From: Balanoglossus misakiensis
Taxonomy: Eukaryota > Animalia > Hemichordata
Reading direction: 5' to 3'
DNA: 64,000 nucleotides
Assembly: GCA_040954595.2 (NCBI GenBank)
Contig: CM082598.2
Coordinates: forward strand, 4,086,607 to 4,150,606
Shown: positions 39,401-51,135 of the stretch, one piece after another
How the letters are laid out: the number at the start of each line of letters is the position of its first letter
Numbering within the stretch: the first letter of the stretch is position 1
Translations under genes and position numbers: made by a program
The notes under the pieces: model-generated
The model's database searches: none
Seen by the model: the letters and a program-made list of their open reading frames with translations, nothing else
Told to the model about the DNA's origin: nothing

Positions 39401-42400
39401 CCGACCAGAATATGGTATTGCTACAAAATAAAGAATACAGGCATTTCCTTGGTGCATGGAATACATTATAGAAAAATATGCTGTTTCCATGAAATACAGA
39501 ATACATGACTTAGAAATACAACAAAATATATTACTGCAACATTTTATGTTGCAAACAAATAGGACATAGAATTGTGTCCACTTGTAGTAAACCCTCATGA
39601 TATGTACATACAGTGAGTCCTGTCTACGGTCACCTATGGAAAATAAGCTATAGTTTTCAGTGGGTGGCACACGCGAGAATGAGCGCCACCATATGTTCTT
39701 TAGAATGCTCAATACGCCAATTTCGGCCAAATATAGGCGTATGTAAATTGGAGGTGTCTGTATACCTTTAAGAACACATTTAGGAATAAAGAAAACTGTC
39801 AGGGTCAGAGGTCAGTATCTCAAGAATGCCCACATACCTTCATTATGGTTCTCATGGCATTGCAGAGCGCATGGTTCACCATGCCGTATTCAAAGGACAC
39901 TTTCTCCTCGATGAATCGTACCACTTTGGAGTAGTTGGCACAGATTGGCAGAACGCGATAGACCAGGTCTTTGAAAGACACGTCCAGGGACTGCTCCACC
40001 AGGAATGTTCTCTCGGCATATTTGTCGCTCAGTGGCTGTGCTAGGATGTATCTAGCCTCTATGCCCTGCAAGAAATCAAAGTACTCATTGTCAGTCGATC
40101 TCCAAGGATGGATGAATGTCAATAGGCAACTATACACTTTTGTCAGTTACCTGCTGTGACATAGATATACATAAGTACATACATACATACATACATACAT
40201 ACATACATACATACATACATACATACATACATACATACATACATTATACACACATACATACATACATACATTATACATACATACATACATACATACATAC
40301 ATACATACATACAATTACGTTCATACACTAATGTACATACATACAGTGAAACCTGTCAATAAGGGACACCTCTGGGACCTTCTAGACAGGTGTCCTGATT
40401 GGAGAGATGTCCGTAATGATAGCTTTAAAGAGCATATCTTGCCTTTTTAAATCTTATCAGAAGGTTAAAAAATGTTCAAAAGAAATATACTATTTTCCAA
40501 AAGTGACAATATTTTTCGGGTATCGATTTCTATAATATTTGTTTTGTTCTCATAAAATGCTTCAAAATCCACCCCGTCCTGAAAAGTCCGAGTTCAGATT
40601 TGCTGCATTTTGGTCACGTGACGTGACGTCACAAGAGGAACCGGTCAGGTAGACCAGCTTTAGCGATGCTCACAGGTGTCATACGGTGTTTTCGTGCTTT
40701 TCTGTGTAATACCACAATGGGGAAAGGAGTTGTTTGCCGTGGTTGCAGCAACACATTACCTAGACGGGAGTCACCCGTGTGAGTTCCACAAAAACGAATG
40801 AAAGTCTATGCCACGATCATCAACATCGTACGGTGGATATGAAGCCGGCGCGGCACCGGTGACGGCCGCGGCCGTAACTGTCAATGCATGACCGTTGAAC
40901 CATGGTTGAACGATAATCGGCCAGGTTCGAATCACGAGAAGACAATCCCCACCCATACAGGAAAATAGAAGCCTGTCAGCAGGAGAGGTCGACCAACAGA
41001 TCGTTTATGCCCGGTATTGGTGTTCATATAATGTTCCAGCGACCGCGATTTACACAGTACTGTAGACAAGTAACTTACATGTAGTAGGTGAACTGGCAGG
41101 ATGCGTAAACACAATTTTGCGTTGGCCGACATCATGTTGAGATTGTTTATTATTATTCACGCTTCCGCCTGGCTAACCGGTACCCAGTGACCGCAAACTA
41201 CGATAATTAAGGTTGACAGCAATCGATGTAAAAACTTGAACGTTCAAAATATTACCGTTACTATTTCACGTTTTTTTTCAGTCGTACCTTTGTATGGCTT
41301 CGGCTGAATGGTCGCCATCTTTCTTTTCTAATTTCTTTGTTTACAAGTTTTACGTCGCGCTATGTCCGACTCATCGGCTCCAAAACACACTGTACAAATT
41401 TTGAAACAAAATATGTTGAATAAATTTTGCCTCGTGTGAGTGAAAACTGTTTCCAAACTTAGATATTCGTGTGTATCAATGAAAATGTTTCATGCTTTGT
41501 GAGCGTGAGTGGGTCGGCCTGGCATGATCGCCTGTTGCTGTTGGTTGTATGGTTTCATTTTGTTATAATGCAGTATGAAGCATGTCAAGGTACTTCCATG
41601 ATTACAGCGACAAGTCATAAATGTTTCTGTTTGTCATCACCAAAAAGGCATAGCTTACATGTAATTCAACAGACAGAATTTTAGTGCTGGTAGTAAATAT
41701 ACATCGCGGCGCGATATGTGTCATCGCTGCCGATCGGCGCTGATGGAGTTCCCTTGACCTTGTACAATAACACACGCGTATTTTGTCTGTTAAGGCAGTC
41801 ATTGAAAATCGCCAAAAAGACCACGATCAGTTATCAATAAGTTGACATTGTCCAAGATAAGTAGATTTAGTCCCAACACTCTAGACCTAAACCTCTGGGC
41901 AATATTCGACGGTTTAATCGAGGCAGCAATCATTGTATGTGTAAGCTTAAGGTGCCTATACACATCCGCTGCCATTGCATGTTGTGTACTGCTTGCAATG
42001 CGAAGCCGTAGCCTAACCGGGCCGAGTTTTTTTTTCATAATCGCATCTCCCCTAGATGATAAGGTAGACATATGTACGTTTATTTTGAAGGGTACGGGGG
42101 ATACAGAGTTGTACCCAGGCTGACACAGCAAAGCCGTTTAGATCACAGGCACTGCAATGTACAGTGCTAAGTCTGTTGCAAACGTAAATGGGTTCCTCTT
42201 GTGACGTCACGGAAATGGGCGTGGCCAAAACAGAACTTTTTTCTCAGGCCCTGAACATTTTTAAATTTAACATTTATTTATCCACATGAAATAAGTAAAA
42301 GGACACCAGCATTTAACACACAAGCCCAATTATTATTTATCCTCAAAAGTGTGTTTCGAGGTAAGATAGGCTCTTTAACGGTACATACAAACATACATAC

Positions 42401-45400
42401 ACACATACTTGTGGAAATACACTGTTACATACACACACTTACCGATAAAACAAACAACAGATCTTCTATCATGGCCTGTTCCTGGAGTGCCAGGGGCAGT
42501 GTACTGATAGCCACCGTCGGCTCGCGGTTGTCGTGGGTGATCACAAAGTCGGCCTTCAAGAACGGTCGGTCGGCCACCCAGTCGGGTGTTACCGGCAGCA
42601 CAAGCGAGGCTGTGGAAAACAAAATTCCATTTAGAACATGACACACATATCTTGCATAGGCCTGCCTAGTCTAGCACAGCAAAAAGTTCCGAGCAGACCA
42701 ACAAGTTCCCATACAATGTACTGCACTGAAGTGCTGACCAAAACATGAAAAACGTAATTTCCCTTGTAACAGTTCTATTTTCTGATTAAAGGGACAGAGT
42801 CTCTCTCTCGCTGCCCTTTTTCCATTATTTAATAATGTTCTATCTCACTTGTAGACACGAGGGAGAAAAAACTCGCCAAAATGAATAATTAGACTCTACT
42901 GTTTTTTTATTTTTGGCGAGTTTTTACTCTCATATAATCATACAAGCGGGATGGAAGTTTGTGTGTGGTCGAACATTGATTCACTGTATATCCACATGTA
43001 GAATAACATAAACAGTGTCTTGTACCGAACAAAATTAATGGAAAAAAGGGCAGCGAGAGAGAGACTTTGTCCCTTTAAAGACACCAAAGGTAACTCACTA
43101 TTTTTCTTCGCCTGTTTTTCTCTCATCATTTTACGGACTGCTTCCGGTGGCTGTGTCACAATAGGGGCACTGCTGGATATTGTCATCAACTGGTTCCTCA
43201 ACTGCAAAAATAAAAGGGCACATCTCGTCAACACTTAACTATAACATGATTGTTTTCTACAACTTTAATTAAGATTCTATCAAGTAATTCAACAGGATAC
43301 CTTATCTATACATTTTCAGTATTGAACTTCCTCTGTCACCCCCACTTCCTCCAATAGTGGTCCATCCTTACCATAAACAACAATGGATTTGGGCCAAACC
43401 ATGGTGGTGAAAAGGGGTTGTCAAGTGTAAAGTGATATGCTGGTCACAATGCTTTCCCAAATTTCATTATGTTGAGGTTATGTTTGAAACCACAAACATG
43501 TTGTGAAAATGTTTTACACTCCACCCGTTTGCTTGTCAACAGCCCTGTTGTATACACATCACTGCAACGATTATCCAACACTAACCTAGCCTTACCACTA
43601 ACCTTGATTAAATCATCCCGTTGAAGATATCTGGGAGTCTTCTTCCTATCAACGCTTTCTTTCTCAAAACTGACAATACGTCTACGCCTATCTTCCTGAC
43701 ATTTCGCAGCAGATCTGCCAACACTAGACACTGTTGTCATACTAGATACGTGTAGCTTAGCGCCTTGGTTCTCAGTGACCCTATCAGCTGACATGCTACC
43801 ATCAACACTGGATTTTGCTTCTATACTAGACGGTTTAGTACTGTGTCTCTGATCAACTGACTTCCTGATGTCTATCTGACTCATCACTCCTGTGTCTTCC
43901 ATATCTATTACAACATCGTCCAAATCTAGCGCGCCACTGCATGCTATTTCTCCTGACTGTCCTTCGACTGCGCTCGTAGCAGCACTGCTGCTCTGAACTG
44001 CATCACTACTGCAACTGCTTACAAAACCCTGACACTGATCATCACCTCCAGCTGCCGCGTTGCCACTACTGTTACTATTGTTCTGATTCACCTTCAATGA
44101 AAACTTGAAACGTGCGTTATCGCATCAAACTGCAATTTCGCAAGAGTTGCATTATTCTCAAACTGCGGATTTGCCGAATGATGTTGTTTTACTCTCCTAT
44201 AGTGGGTGTACAAATGTATTATTTTCAAACTCATCAAAACTGATCAACCCACTGCTTAGCCCAGTGTTGGCCAATCTGTAGGGAATTCTCAATCTGTACT
44301 GTACTGCACTGTACTGTCTTGTTGATATTCTGTGCTGTACTGTCTTGTTGATATTCTGTGCTGTACTGTGCTGTACTGTACTACAGTCAGGCCATCCCAA
44401 GCAGAAAGGGGTCTTATGGGAGTGTGATACTTATGACCATAAGACCACTTTTAGCTTGGGATGGCCCTAAATTCTCTAGCCTTTTGAATGAAAAATAAGT
44501 TCTCCATCCGCTTGTTATATTATATTTTCTCTTCCTGACATGGGAAACAGATTCTTACCTCAGAGACTTCCTGTTGAGACAACTTACTCCCAGATTGTGG
44601 CATATTAATTTGACTGAGTGGATGGGCTGGGGGAGGTGGGTTTTCCTTGGCGTGCTGTTCAAGAACTCCTCTGGTCTTGTCTTCATCAATAAGTCTCGAC
44701 AGGAGATACACCATTGGATCTAGTTCTCTAACACTGTCAGGCAACACAAGTATGTAACAAATAATTAATTTAAATCACTACCATTTGTTTAGTCTGTGAC
44801 TCTTGCTGAAGATATTTTGTTCATTATTCTTATACTGTAAAACACTTTATTTTCGCGAGTTGAAATTTTCGTGATATCGAGAGAGGCCACTGTTTCGCGA
44901 GTATTAATTTTCGCGTTCTCTTATTTCATTCACTGCATCGTTATCTTCAAAAAACAATTTACGCGACTTTTTATTTTCACGCTATTTCGCGAAAATTTAT
45001 TGCTCGCGAAAATAAAGTGTTTTACAGTACCAGGTAGTATTAATAAATTAATATCCCTCCATAAATTACCCATTGTCGTTACAAATCTTACTTTCTAGAC
45101 TTGAGTTCATCGTATTTTCTCAAGAACTCTTCCGGCTTTCTGGTGAACTCTGCAATCTTCCTCTTGGCGCTGTGTGCTGACACTTGTGTGGTCACATAAC
45201 CAGTCATATTCTTCAGCAGAGTGTCTGCGTACACATCTGCACCCTCCCCTGAATTGACTCTACAGAATCAAAAAATATATACGAAAAAGCCATCTTTAAA
45301 GTTTTACTTTGACTTGTCTGGCAGACAAACGCGTGGAATCTTGCCATTTTCTTATAAGAATTCACGAGAGAAGTTAATGAGGTTCAGTATACATTTTATT

Positions 45401-45876
45401 CCTGTTTACTGCAGTAAAGATTAGGGTTATGGGTTCAGAAAGAAATAGCCATGGTAACATGTGGATTCCAATTAAAATATTCCACTGCATCTAGGGTCCT
45501 TAGGTATGGTACGGTTGGGCTGTGTTATCTCTGCCTGCAGGGATGTACCAACGCACGGAAGGGGTGGGAGGGGAGAGAGAAATAGACACAGATCTCGTAT
45601 GCAATGTACATTGCAATGCACATAGATCAAACTGTACTAGTGGTATTGTGATCGACCGTACCCTAGGTCTGTAGCCCTAAAACCGTTTGTTTTTGGGGAT
45701 CGGTAAGGCTCGCCAACTCCCATAAAGTACAGACGGTGGTGGGGATACAAACATGACCGTAGCAAATGTCACTTTTCAGACTAAACATGATCATGATCAA
45801 CATGTTCGCTGTATATTGCTTACCCCAGTTCAGTCAGCAGTTCGTTGACATAGTGGTGGATTTTGAACTCACTCAT
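33481..45876 (-). CDS. TUBGCP2: Gamma-tubulin complex component 2 (multi-exon)
   Basis: MSEFKIHHYVNELL start at 45876; [105 protein letters not shown]. Consistent GT-AG exons; Ser/Arg-rich tail ending at stop 33483-33481. Confidence 0.96.
33822..34055 (-). mobile_element. tRNA-derived SINE (CORE/V-like centre, L2-type tail), 5' end truncated
   Basis: Minus strand: B-box GGTTCGAACTCC, central GTGTTGTGTCCTTTGGCAAGGCAC..CCATCCAGGAGTAATGGGTACC, tail TGTGAAAGCGCATTGAG..TGCTATATAAG. Confidence 0.7.
34059..34221. mobile_element. Family D MITE fragment abutting the SINE head
   Basis: cttccatcccacttgtatgatatgagagtaaaaactcgcc...gaacgttgattcactatat. Confidence 0.7.
35878..35982. repeat. Dispersed repeat with an inverted copy at ~49331-49435
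   Basis: gatttccaggg..gcct..aatcc.ggctcccaggcctgttaggctgccaagtg..gtgtta.tcagtagggcctatac versus its reverse complement in a TIGAR intron. Confidence 0.7.
37268..37367. mobile_element. Family A MITE sharing its TTAA with a family E element
   Basis: ...ggtgaaaggg-TTAA-aggtatacgg... Confidence 0.75.
37364..37545. mobile_element. Kolobok-type MITE (family E)
   Basis: TTAA-AGGTATACGGTCACCT ... AGGTGACCATATACCT-TTAA; full copy at 61338-61531, partial copy at 39625-39771. Confidence 0.8.
38490..38582. mobile_element. Family A MITE
   Basis: TTAA TSDs and TIRs. Confidence 0.8.
38890..39131. mobile_element. Family C MITE with a duplicated left portion
   Basis: cagtcaaacctgtgttagtggccacctctatatagtg occurs twice; ends ggttcgactg-ta. 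Confidence 0.75.
40176..40343. repeat. (CATA)n microsatellite
   Basis: Directly visible. Confidence 0.95.
40425..42378. mobile_element. ~1.95-kb non-autonomous Kolobok-like DNA transposon in a TUBGCP2 intron
   Basis: TTAA-AGAGCATATCTTGCCT ... AGGTAAGATAGGCTCT-TTAA (imperfect TIRs). Subterminal GTGACGTCAC near both ends; degenerate THAP-like start at 40717. Confidence 0.7.
42786..43078. mobile_element. Complete Kolobok-type MITE (family D)
   Basis: TTAA-AGGGACAGAGTCTCTCTCTCGCTGCCC ... GGGCAGCGAGAGAGAGACTTTGTCCCT-TTAA. Confidence 0.85.
43603..44091 (-). CDS. Candidate 163-codon in-frame cassette exon of TUBGCP2 (Ser-rich, likely disordered)
   Basis: Open for 489 nt; acceptor ttttcattgaag|GTG, donor AAG|gttagt. 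Phase 0-0 matches the flanking EVSE| and |LRNQ exons. Confidence 0.55.
44390..44466. mobile_element. Short hairpin MITE, possibly PIF/Harbinger-type
   Basis: GGCCATCCCAAGC ... GCTTGGGATGGCC with inner ggtcttatgg/ccataagacc arms; TSD imperfect. Confidence 0.55.
44833..45029. mobile_element. Family B MITE (reverse orientation)
   Basis: Reverse complement of 30911-31122. Confidence 0.85.
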
Positions 45877-46532
45877 GCTGGCCTCCTATTACAAAGTTGC
45901 TTGGGAAAAGACGATTGCAAATTCTGAAGATCAGTAACCCACAGTAGTCATTTGAATTCGCCCGATCGTCCACGGGACTGCAAGCAAAACAAGTCCAGGC
46001 GACCCTCTCTTCGCCGGCCGTCCCAAGATCACGGTGTCCCCAGACGAAACTATGTGTCCTATCACCGCAATAAAATCGATAAAATTCTGTGGGGAGATAA
46101 ACTCTCGACTGGCTTCTCCCGATCTCGGCAGAACCTTATGCGATCGCGAAATCTTGAAGTTGTCCAGGGAAATAACTGTCTGGCGCCAGATTTTTATTTT
46201 AGTCGGCCATTTTGTCCGATTTGTCAAACCGAGGCACGCTGATTGTATTGTAAACATTCCAGCATGTCGTTCGATTTTATTATATTTTAGCAAAACACTA
46301 CATTCCGTCCTCAATATAAGGTAATAATATTAAAGGTAGTAAAATTTAACTTAATTAGTATTTATAGGGTAAGTGTTTTCAAAATGTGTATCTTTCTTCA
46401 TATTTTTGTCTGAACGAATGAGGTACTATACTTATACGTATAACTTTCTTCTCACTTCAATGAGTGGAGGAGCAGAGCTAAGTGTTGCAAAGGATAAGCT
46501 TATCATAGACTGGGCGAAAAGAAGAACCCTAA
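45877..46532. promoter_or_regulatory. Probable bidirectional promoter TUBGCP2/TIGAR
   Basis: Divergent ATGs at 45876 (-) and 46533 (+) are only ~650 bp apart; the interval is CpG-rich. Confidence 0.6.
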
Positions 46533-49500
46533 ATGACGAAAAACTCAGTAGTTTTCGCACTAACGCTCATCCGGCAGTAAGTATACAAACAAATGTCGAT
46601 TCTTCTTATTCGCGATTGTCGTTTTGTCACCGAGAAATACCCGCAAACTGCGCGTATGTATGTATCATGCGTGCCTTGTTTTCGCGAGAATGTGGGTCAA
46701 ATGGTTAATTTGATGCTGCTGTCTGGAAGAGAGAGAATGCGTAATTTTCGGCGACACCCTTCGCCGAGAATCTGCGATCTCCGCGGGGTTGTGTGGAAGT
46801 CGCGCTGGATTGACGGCATGTCGTTTTTGGGGGCTGCGTTATACGTTATCCGAGCTTTGAAACCATGCCAGAAGTGTGACCCTCGCCAGTGACACGGAAT
46901 GCAAGGGCCTCGGTGCGGGGCGACCCTACGCCAACCGCGGCCCAGCTCACAATGCGAATTTGTGAACCCAACACGTCAGACCCACGACGCAGCGTCGCCA
47001 ATCGTGAAACACTGCACCTCGAAAACCGTGCCCAGCGATATGAAACGCGATCGGATGATTAGCTGAAATCGCACTATATTCCACCGGCCCTTGTTATGAA
47101 TGCAAAGAAGCGAGGTCACCCCGCTCTCCAAGCCTAGCATCTCCTTATAAAGCTATGCCGACAAGTAAACGTGATAACACGATTGTGTACAGTCTGCATT
47201 TTTCACAGTGGCTTAGTTTATAAAACATACCCAGATGAGAAATCCAGTGATTTATAATTAGACTGGCATTACACAATGCCTTGGCAGAGTAACCGAAATT
47301 GGATCAGTCAAATTGCAGAAAATAATGACAAACCCGAACCAACATATATTTCAGTCTATAAATGATCATTCATACTTAAGATGTAATTTTACTTTGCTTC
47401 TTTCTGGGAATATAATTTCAGAGGATGCTTAATGTATAACGAATGCCACGAGACAGCTACCTGTAAAGCCAGACACTGCACTTATAACAGTATCGTGTTA
47501 TAGGCAGTCGTTTCAGCATATTGTTTGGACCCGAGACGTTGAATCTCGAGTTTCCTTTTTCGCGGTGTAAGCGTGTTGTTACATACATACAGGGTCAGGC
47601 GAGATTCCATTAGCACAGACCAGTAGCTGGGTATCTTTTGACCCATTAACCCCCCTAGTTTGTGGTTTGACCCGTTGCCTGTCTGTGGTGTAAATCAGGA
47701 AACACCGTGTAAAATAGGACTGCAGGAACCTTAGTAGGGGATCAAGTATTTAACCCTTTCACCCCCGGTTGACTCTTTAGAGGTCCAACTTTACCATAGA
47801 GAACAATGGATTTGGACTAAACCATACTGTTAAAAGGGTTAGACTTACTGAATTTTTACTAAAACTGTATGGATGTACATACACATACCTCAGAAAATGT
47901 GTAACTTTGTATTGAATGGTGCAACTGTAAAATACGAATGACTGCATGAAGACATTCTGGAATATTTGTACAGTAAATGACCATCCTAAAATTAAACGAA
48001 AACTACATTTCTTGGGACTTTCTTAGCCTTAATCTAATTCCGGATCAGCCTCTTCCCAGTATTCCCACTGGGGTGTATTTCACTCTCCCAGAAAACTCAG
48101 CAGGATTCGGGTTTCATTTTTGTGGGAAGGGAAAATGAACCCAAGTTTGACTGAATCTCAGTGCCCCATTGATGCTTATGTAACACGTAATTCACCCCCC
48201 ATTCAGTCCGACTTTATTCAGGTCAGTGCCTTTCAATCTGGCTGAGAAGGCAATGGACTACCCACTGAGACATTGTGCTGAAATATGCGTCAAACCTGTT
48301 GTGAAATAGACGAGTTGTAATACATGCACACGTGTATTGTCATTCCCTGGAAATTTCACAAAAGAGGTGGTGGAATCTTCATCCAGTCATTTCCAGATCA
48401 AAGTTTGTCAAAGTCAGTTGATATAAACATCTGTTGTTTGTGTCTTTTCTTGCAGTGGAGAGACGCAATGCAACAAAGATGAAATCATTCAAGGTAAGAT
48501 ATAAATAATGTCAAACTCCTTCATTTTAACCAATGCTCAAGAGCCCACACTCTTTCAAGGGTTCGCTGATTGTCAGCTAACTTAGTTGGCTGACTGGCTT
48601 TGCTTAGTATAATATAAAACTATGCGTGTAGAAAACACAAAGATATGATTCCAGCCCCAAAATATTGCTATGAGTCAACAGTCACAAGAAAAATAATTTG
48701 TCAGCAGACTGCATATTGGCAATATGGGAATAGTTTGGACTCACAGTTTGTTGTTTGGGTGATTTCACAGGACAGCAGGATGTTCCATTATCAGAAGAGG
48801 GGGTGAAGCAAGCTGTGTTGCTGGGCAGTCGGCTGCAGAATCAGAAATACACCCATGTGTTTGCTAGTGATCTGGCCCGGGCTTTGCAGGTAGGTCCTGT
48901 TTTTAACATTAGAGTGGAGAGAACTTCACGAGACTGGAAATATTTAACGTGATTTTTCAGCGCCACAAAGAAAACATATCTTCACATTTTTGCTGATTAC
49001 GAATCTTATTATTTTCAATTGTTCTTATTTTAGACAACGAACCATGTTCTGGAGAAGAACAATTTGTGCAAGAGTTTGCAGATTCAGAAAGATCCCAGAC
49101 TACGAGAAAGGGTATGTATGGAATACTATGTTTAACCCTAATGCTACTCGGTGTCATACCTGTTTAGATTGTCAAGTCCCTTAAAATATTGTATTTGCCA
49201 CTTTTTCTTCTAAAACGTATTTTGACTGTCTTGTCATGGCTCTCATACGTACTTAGACACACTTGGCAGTCTGAGCCCCCTGTAAAATGTACAAAATCGC
49301 ACTGGTTTGCACTGTATTGGTCTGAGGGTCTTGTATAGGCCCTACTGAATAACACACACTTGGCAGCCTAACAGGCCTGGGAGCCCGGATTATAGGCACC
49401 CTGGAAATCACACCAGTTTAAACTGACTTGGCAGTTGGTCTTATTTTCTTGTAGAAATATGGCACAGTGGAGGGCAAAACCAGACACGATCTTCGGAGGG

Positions 49501-51135
49501 CCGCTCGGAAACAGAAACAGTCCCTCCGGAATTTCACCCCACCCGGCGGTGAGACTATCCACCAGGTTTGTGTTTACCATCTTGTTTCAACCATTCACAG
49601 TGCAGATAAGAACTCAGTTTCAACTGGATCAGCTCTGGGTGGACGTAACGCCAGCCAGGGTTGGCCAGTATTATATATCATTAGCATACACTTTATAATT
49701 ATGGCAATTAACTGAAACAAGACCTACAAATTTTCAATCAAGTTTTAGCAAATCAGAAAAGAAAAAAAAATACATGTACTAGTAATCTGTATCATAAGTT
49801 GATATTAGTATAGAGTGTCAGTGTGCCTTATTGGTATTGGCTAGTATATTTGTAGGTCCAATTTTGCGGCATCGCAAATGTCGAGTTGGGGACAATTACT
49901 GCATCTAACAAGTGGTGACTGTTACTGTACATGTAGTTAGTTTCATAAGTCGTCTTTGGTATTTTTAGGTGAGACAGAGAGCGGAGAATTTCTTCAAGGA
50001 GCTGTGTCAGCAGATGGTCGGGCGAAAACTAGAAAACCTGAACACGCCCAAGAATGGAACATCAAGTTTGAACCTTCAGCTTCCGCAGACGTCTCGGGCT
50101 TTCGGCTCGCACGCTCCCCTCCCCCCGGACAGGACCCTCTCTTCAGATCTGCCTCTCGTAGTAGGGGCCTCGACGTCGCAGAGTACCGAGGTCGTGTACG
50201 TCGTGCCAAATTCCGCTTCCCGTCCGGAAGCCAAGTGTGCCAAATCTCAGGAAACGCGGCCAGAGTTTGAGTTCGACGCGAGAGGAGGAGGATATCCGGG
50301 TGCCAGCGACTGCCGGAAGAGCGGGATGCAAGGTCTGTCTGATGAGGGATCAGAGACGGGCCGGAAAGACGGGAATGATTTGAACAGCTCCGCAAACGCT
50401 GCGGTCGATCCGGGATGTAAAAACGGCAAGCAGTGTGAGGAGGTGATGTCCACAACTCGAGCGGTCTCTCCGCCATCGAAGAAGGCGTTTTTTCAAGTTC
50501 ACGGCGATGAGGAGAGCGAGGCAAGTCGGCCTGACGACTCAAAGTGCCAGGATGCTGCCGTGTCACGTAACGACTCAGCTGCCAATGTGACCGAGACTGT
50601 CGGGAACGAGAAATGTGAAAATGTCGTGGAAAATGTAGGCGAGAGTCAGAAGAAGAGGGCGAAACTCATCGATCCGTCGCCCGTCAACACGTTTCAGATT
50701 CTGACCAGGACTCGATTCCACATCGAGGGTTCGGACGACGAGACCGCCGAGCCCGAGGTGTACAAGGACGTCACGCCCAACGTGGTGGTCTCGCGCACGT
50801 CCAAGGAGCCCGTGGCCATGCAGCGCTGCGACTCCGACCCCTTCATGGACGTGGGCGAGGACGTCGTCCTGCGCGCCGACATCCTGGTGGTCAGCCACGG
50901 CGGGTTCCTCCGGGAGCTGATCCGCCACTTCATCGACGACCTGGACTGCATCGTTCCCGGCGGCGACGTCTCGGCGCTCACCGTCAGCCCCAACACGGGC
51001 GTCTCCAAGTTCATGATCTCCTTCTCCGAGGACAACGACAAGCCACAGCTCACCTGTATATTCATCCACGACAGGGAACACCTCAACATTGCCACCTACA
51101 AAAACACAAAATTCAACTCAGTCTTTGTAACATAG
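46533..51135 (+). CDS. TIGAR: Fructose-2,6-bisphosphatase TIGAR (histidine phosphatase) with a long insert
   Basis: Six exons: 46533-46576 MTKNSVVFALTLIRH | 48456-48493 GETQCNKDEIIQG | ..FASDLARALQ | ..DPRLRER | KYGTVEG..FTPPGGETIHQ | 49969-51135 ..ADILVVSHGG..SPNTGVSKF..HDREHL. Catalytic RHG and SHG motifs are intact. Confidence 0.92.
47750..47842. mobile_element. Family A MITE
   Basis: Left TTAA/TIR and shared core. Confidence 0.75.

Noticed and set aside
45421-45430. TTAGGGTTAT as a telomerase RNA template or telomeric seed
   Set aside because: Single short match in an ordinary intron, with no supporting pseudoknot or H/ACA features.
49994-51095. Overlapping antisense ORFs of 133-190 aa
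   Set aside because: Shadows of the GC-rich TIGAR last exon; no independent motifs or splice context.
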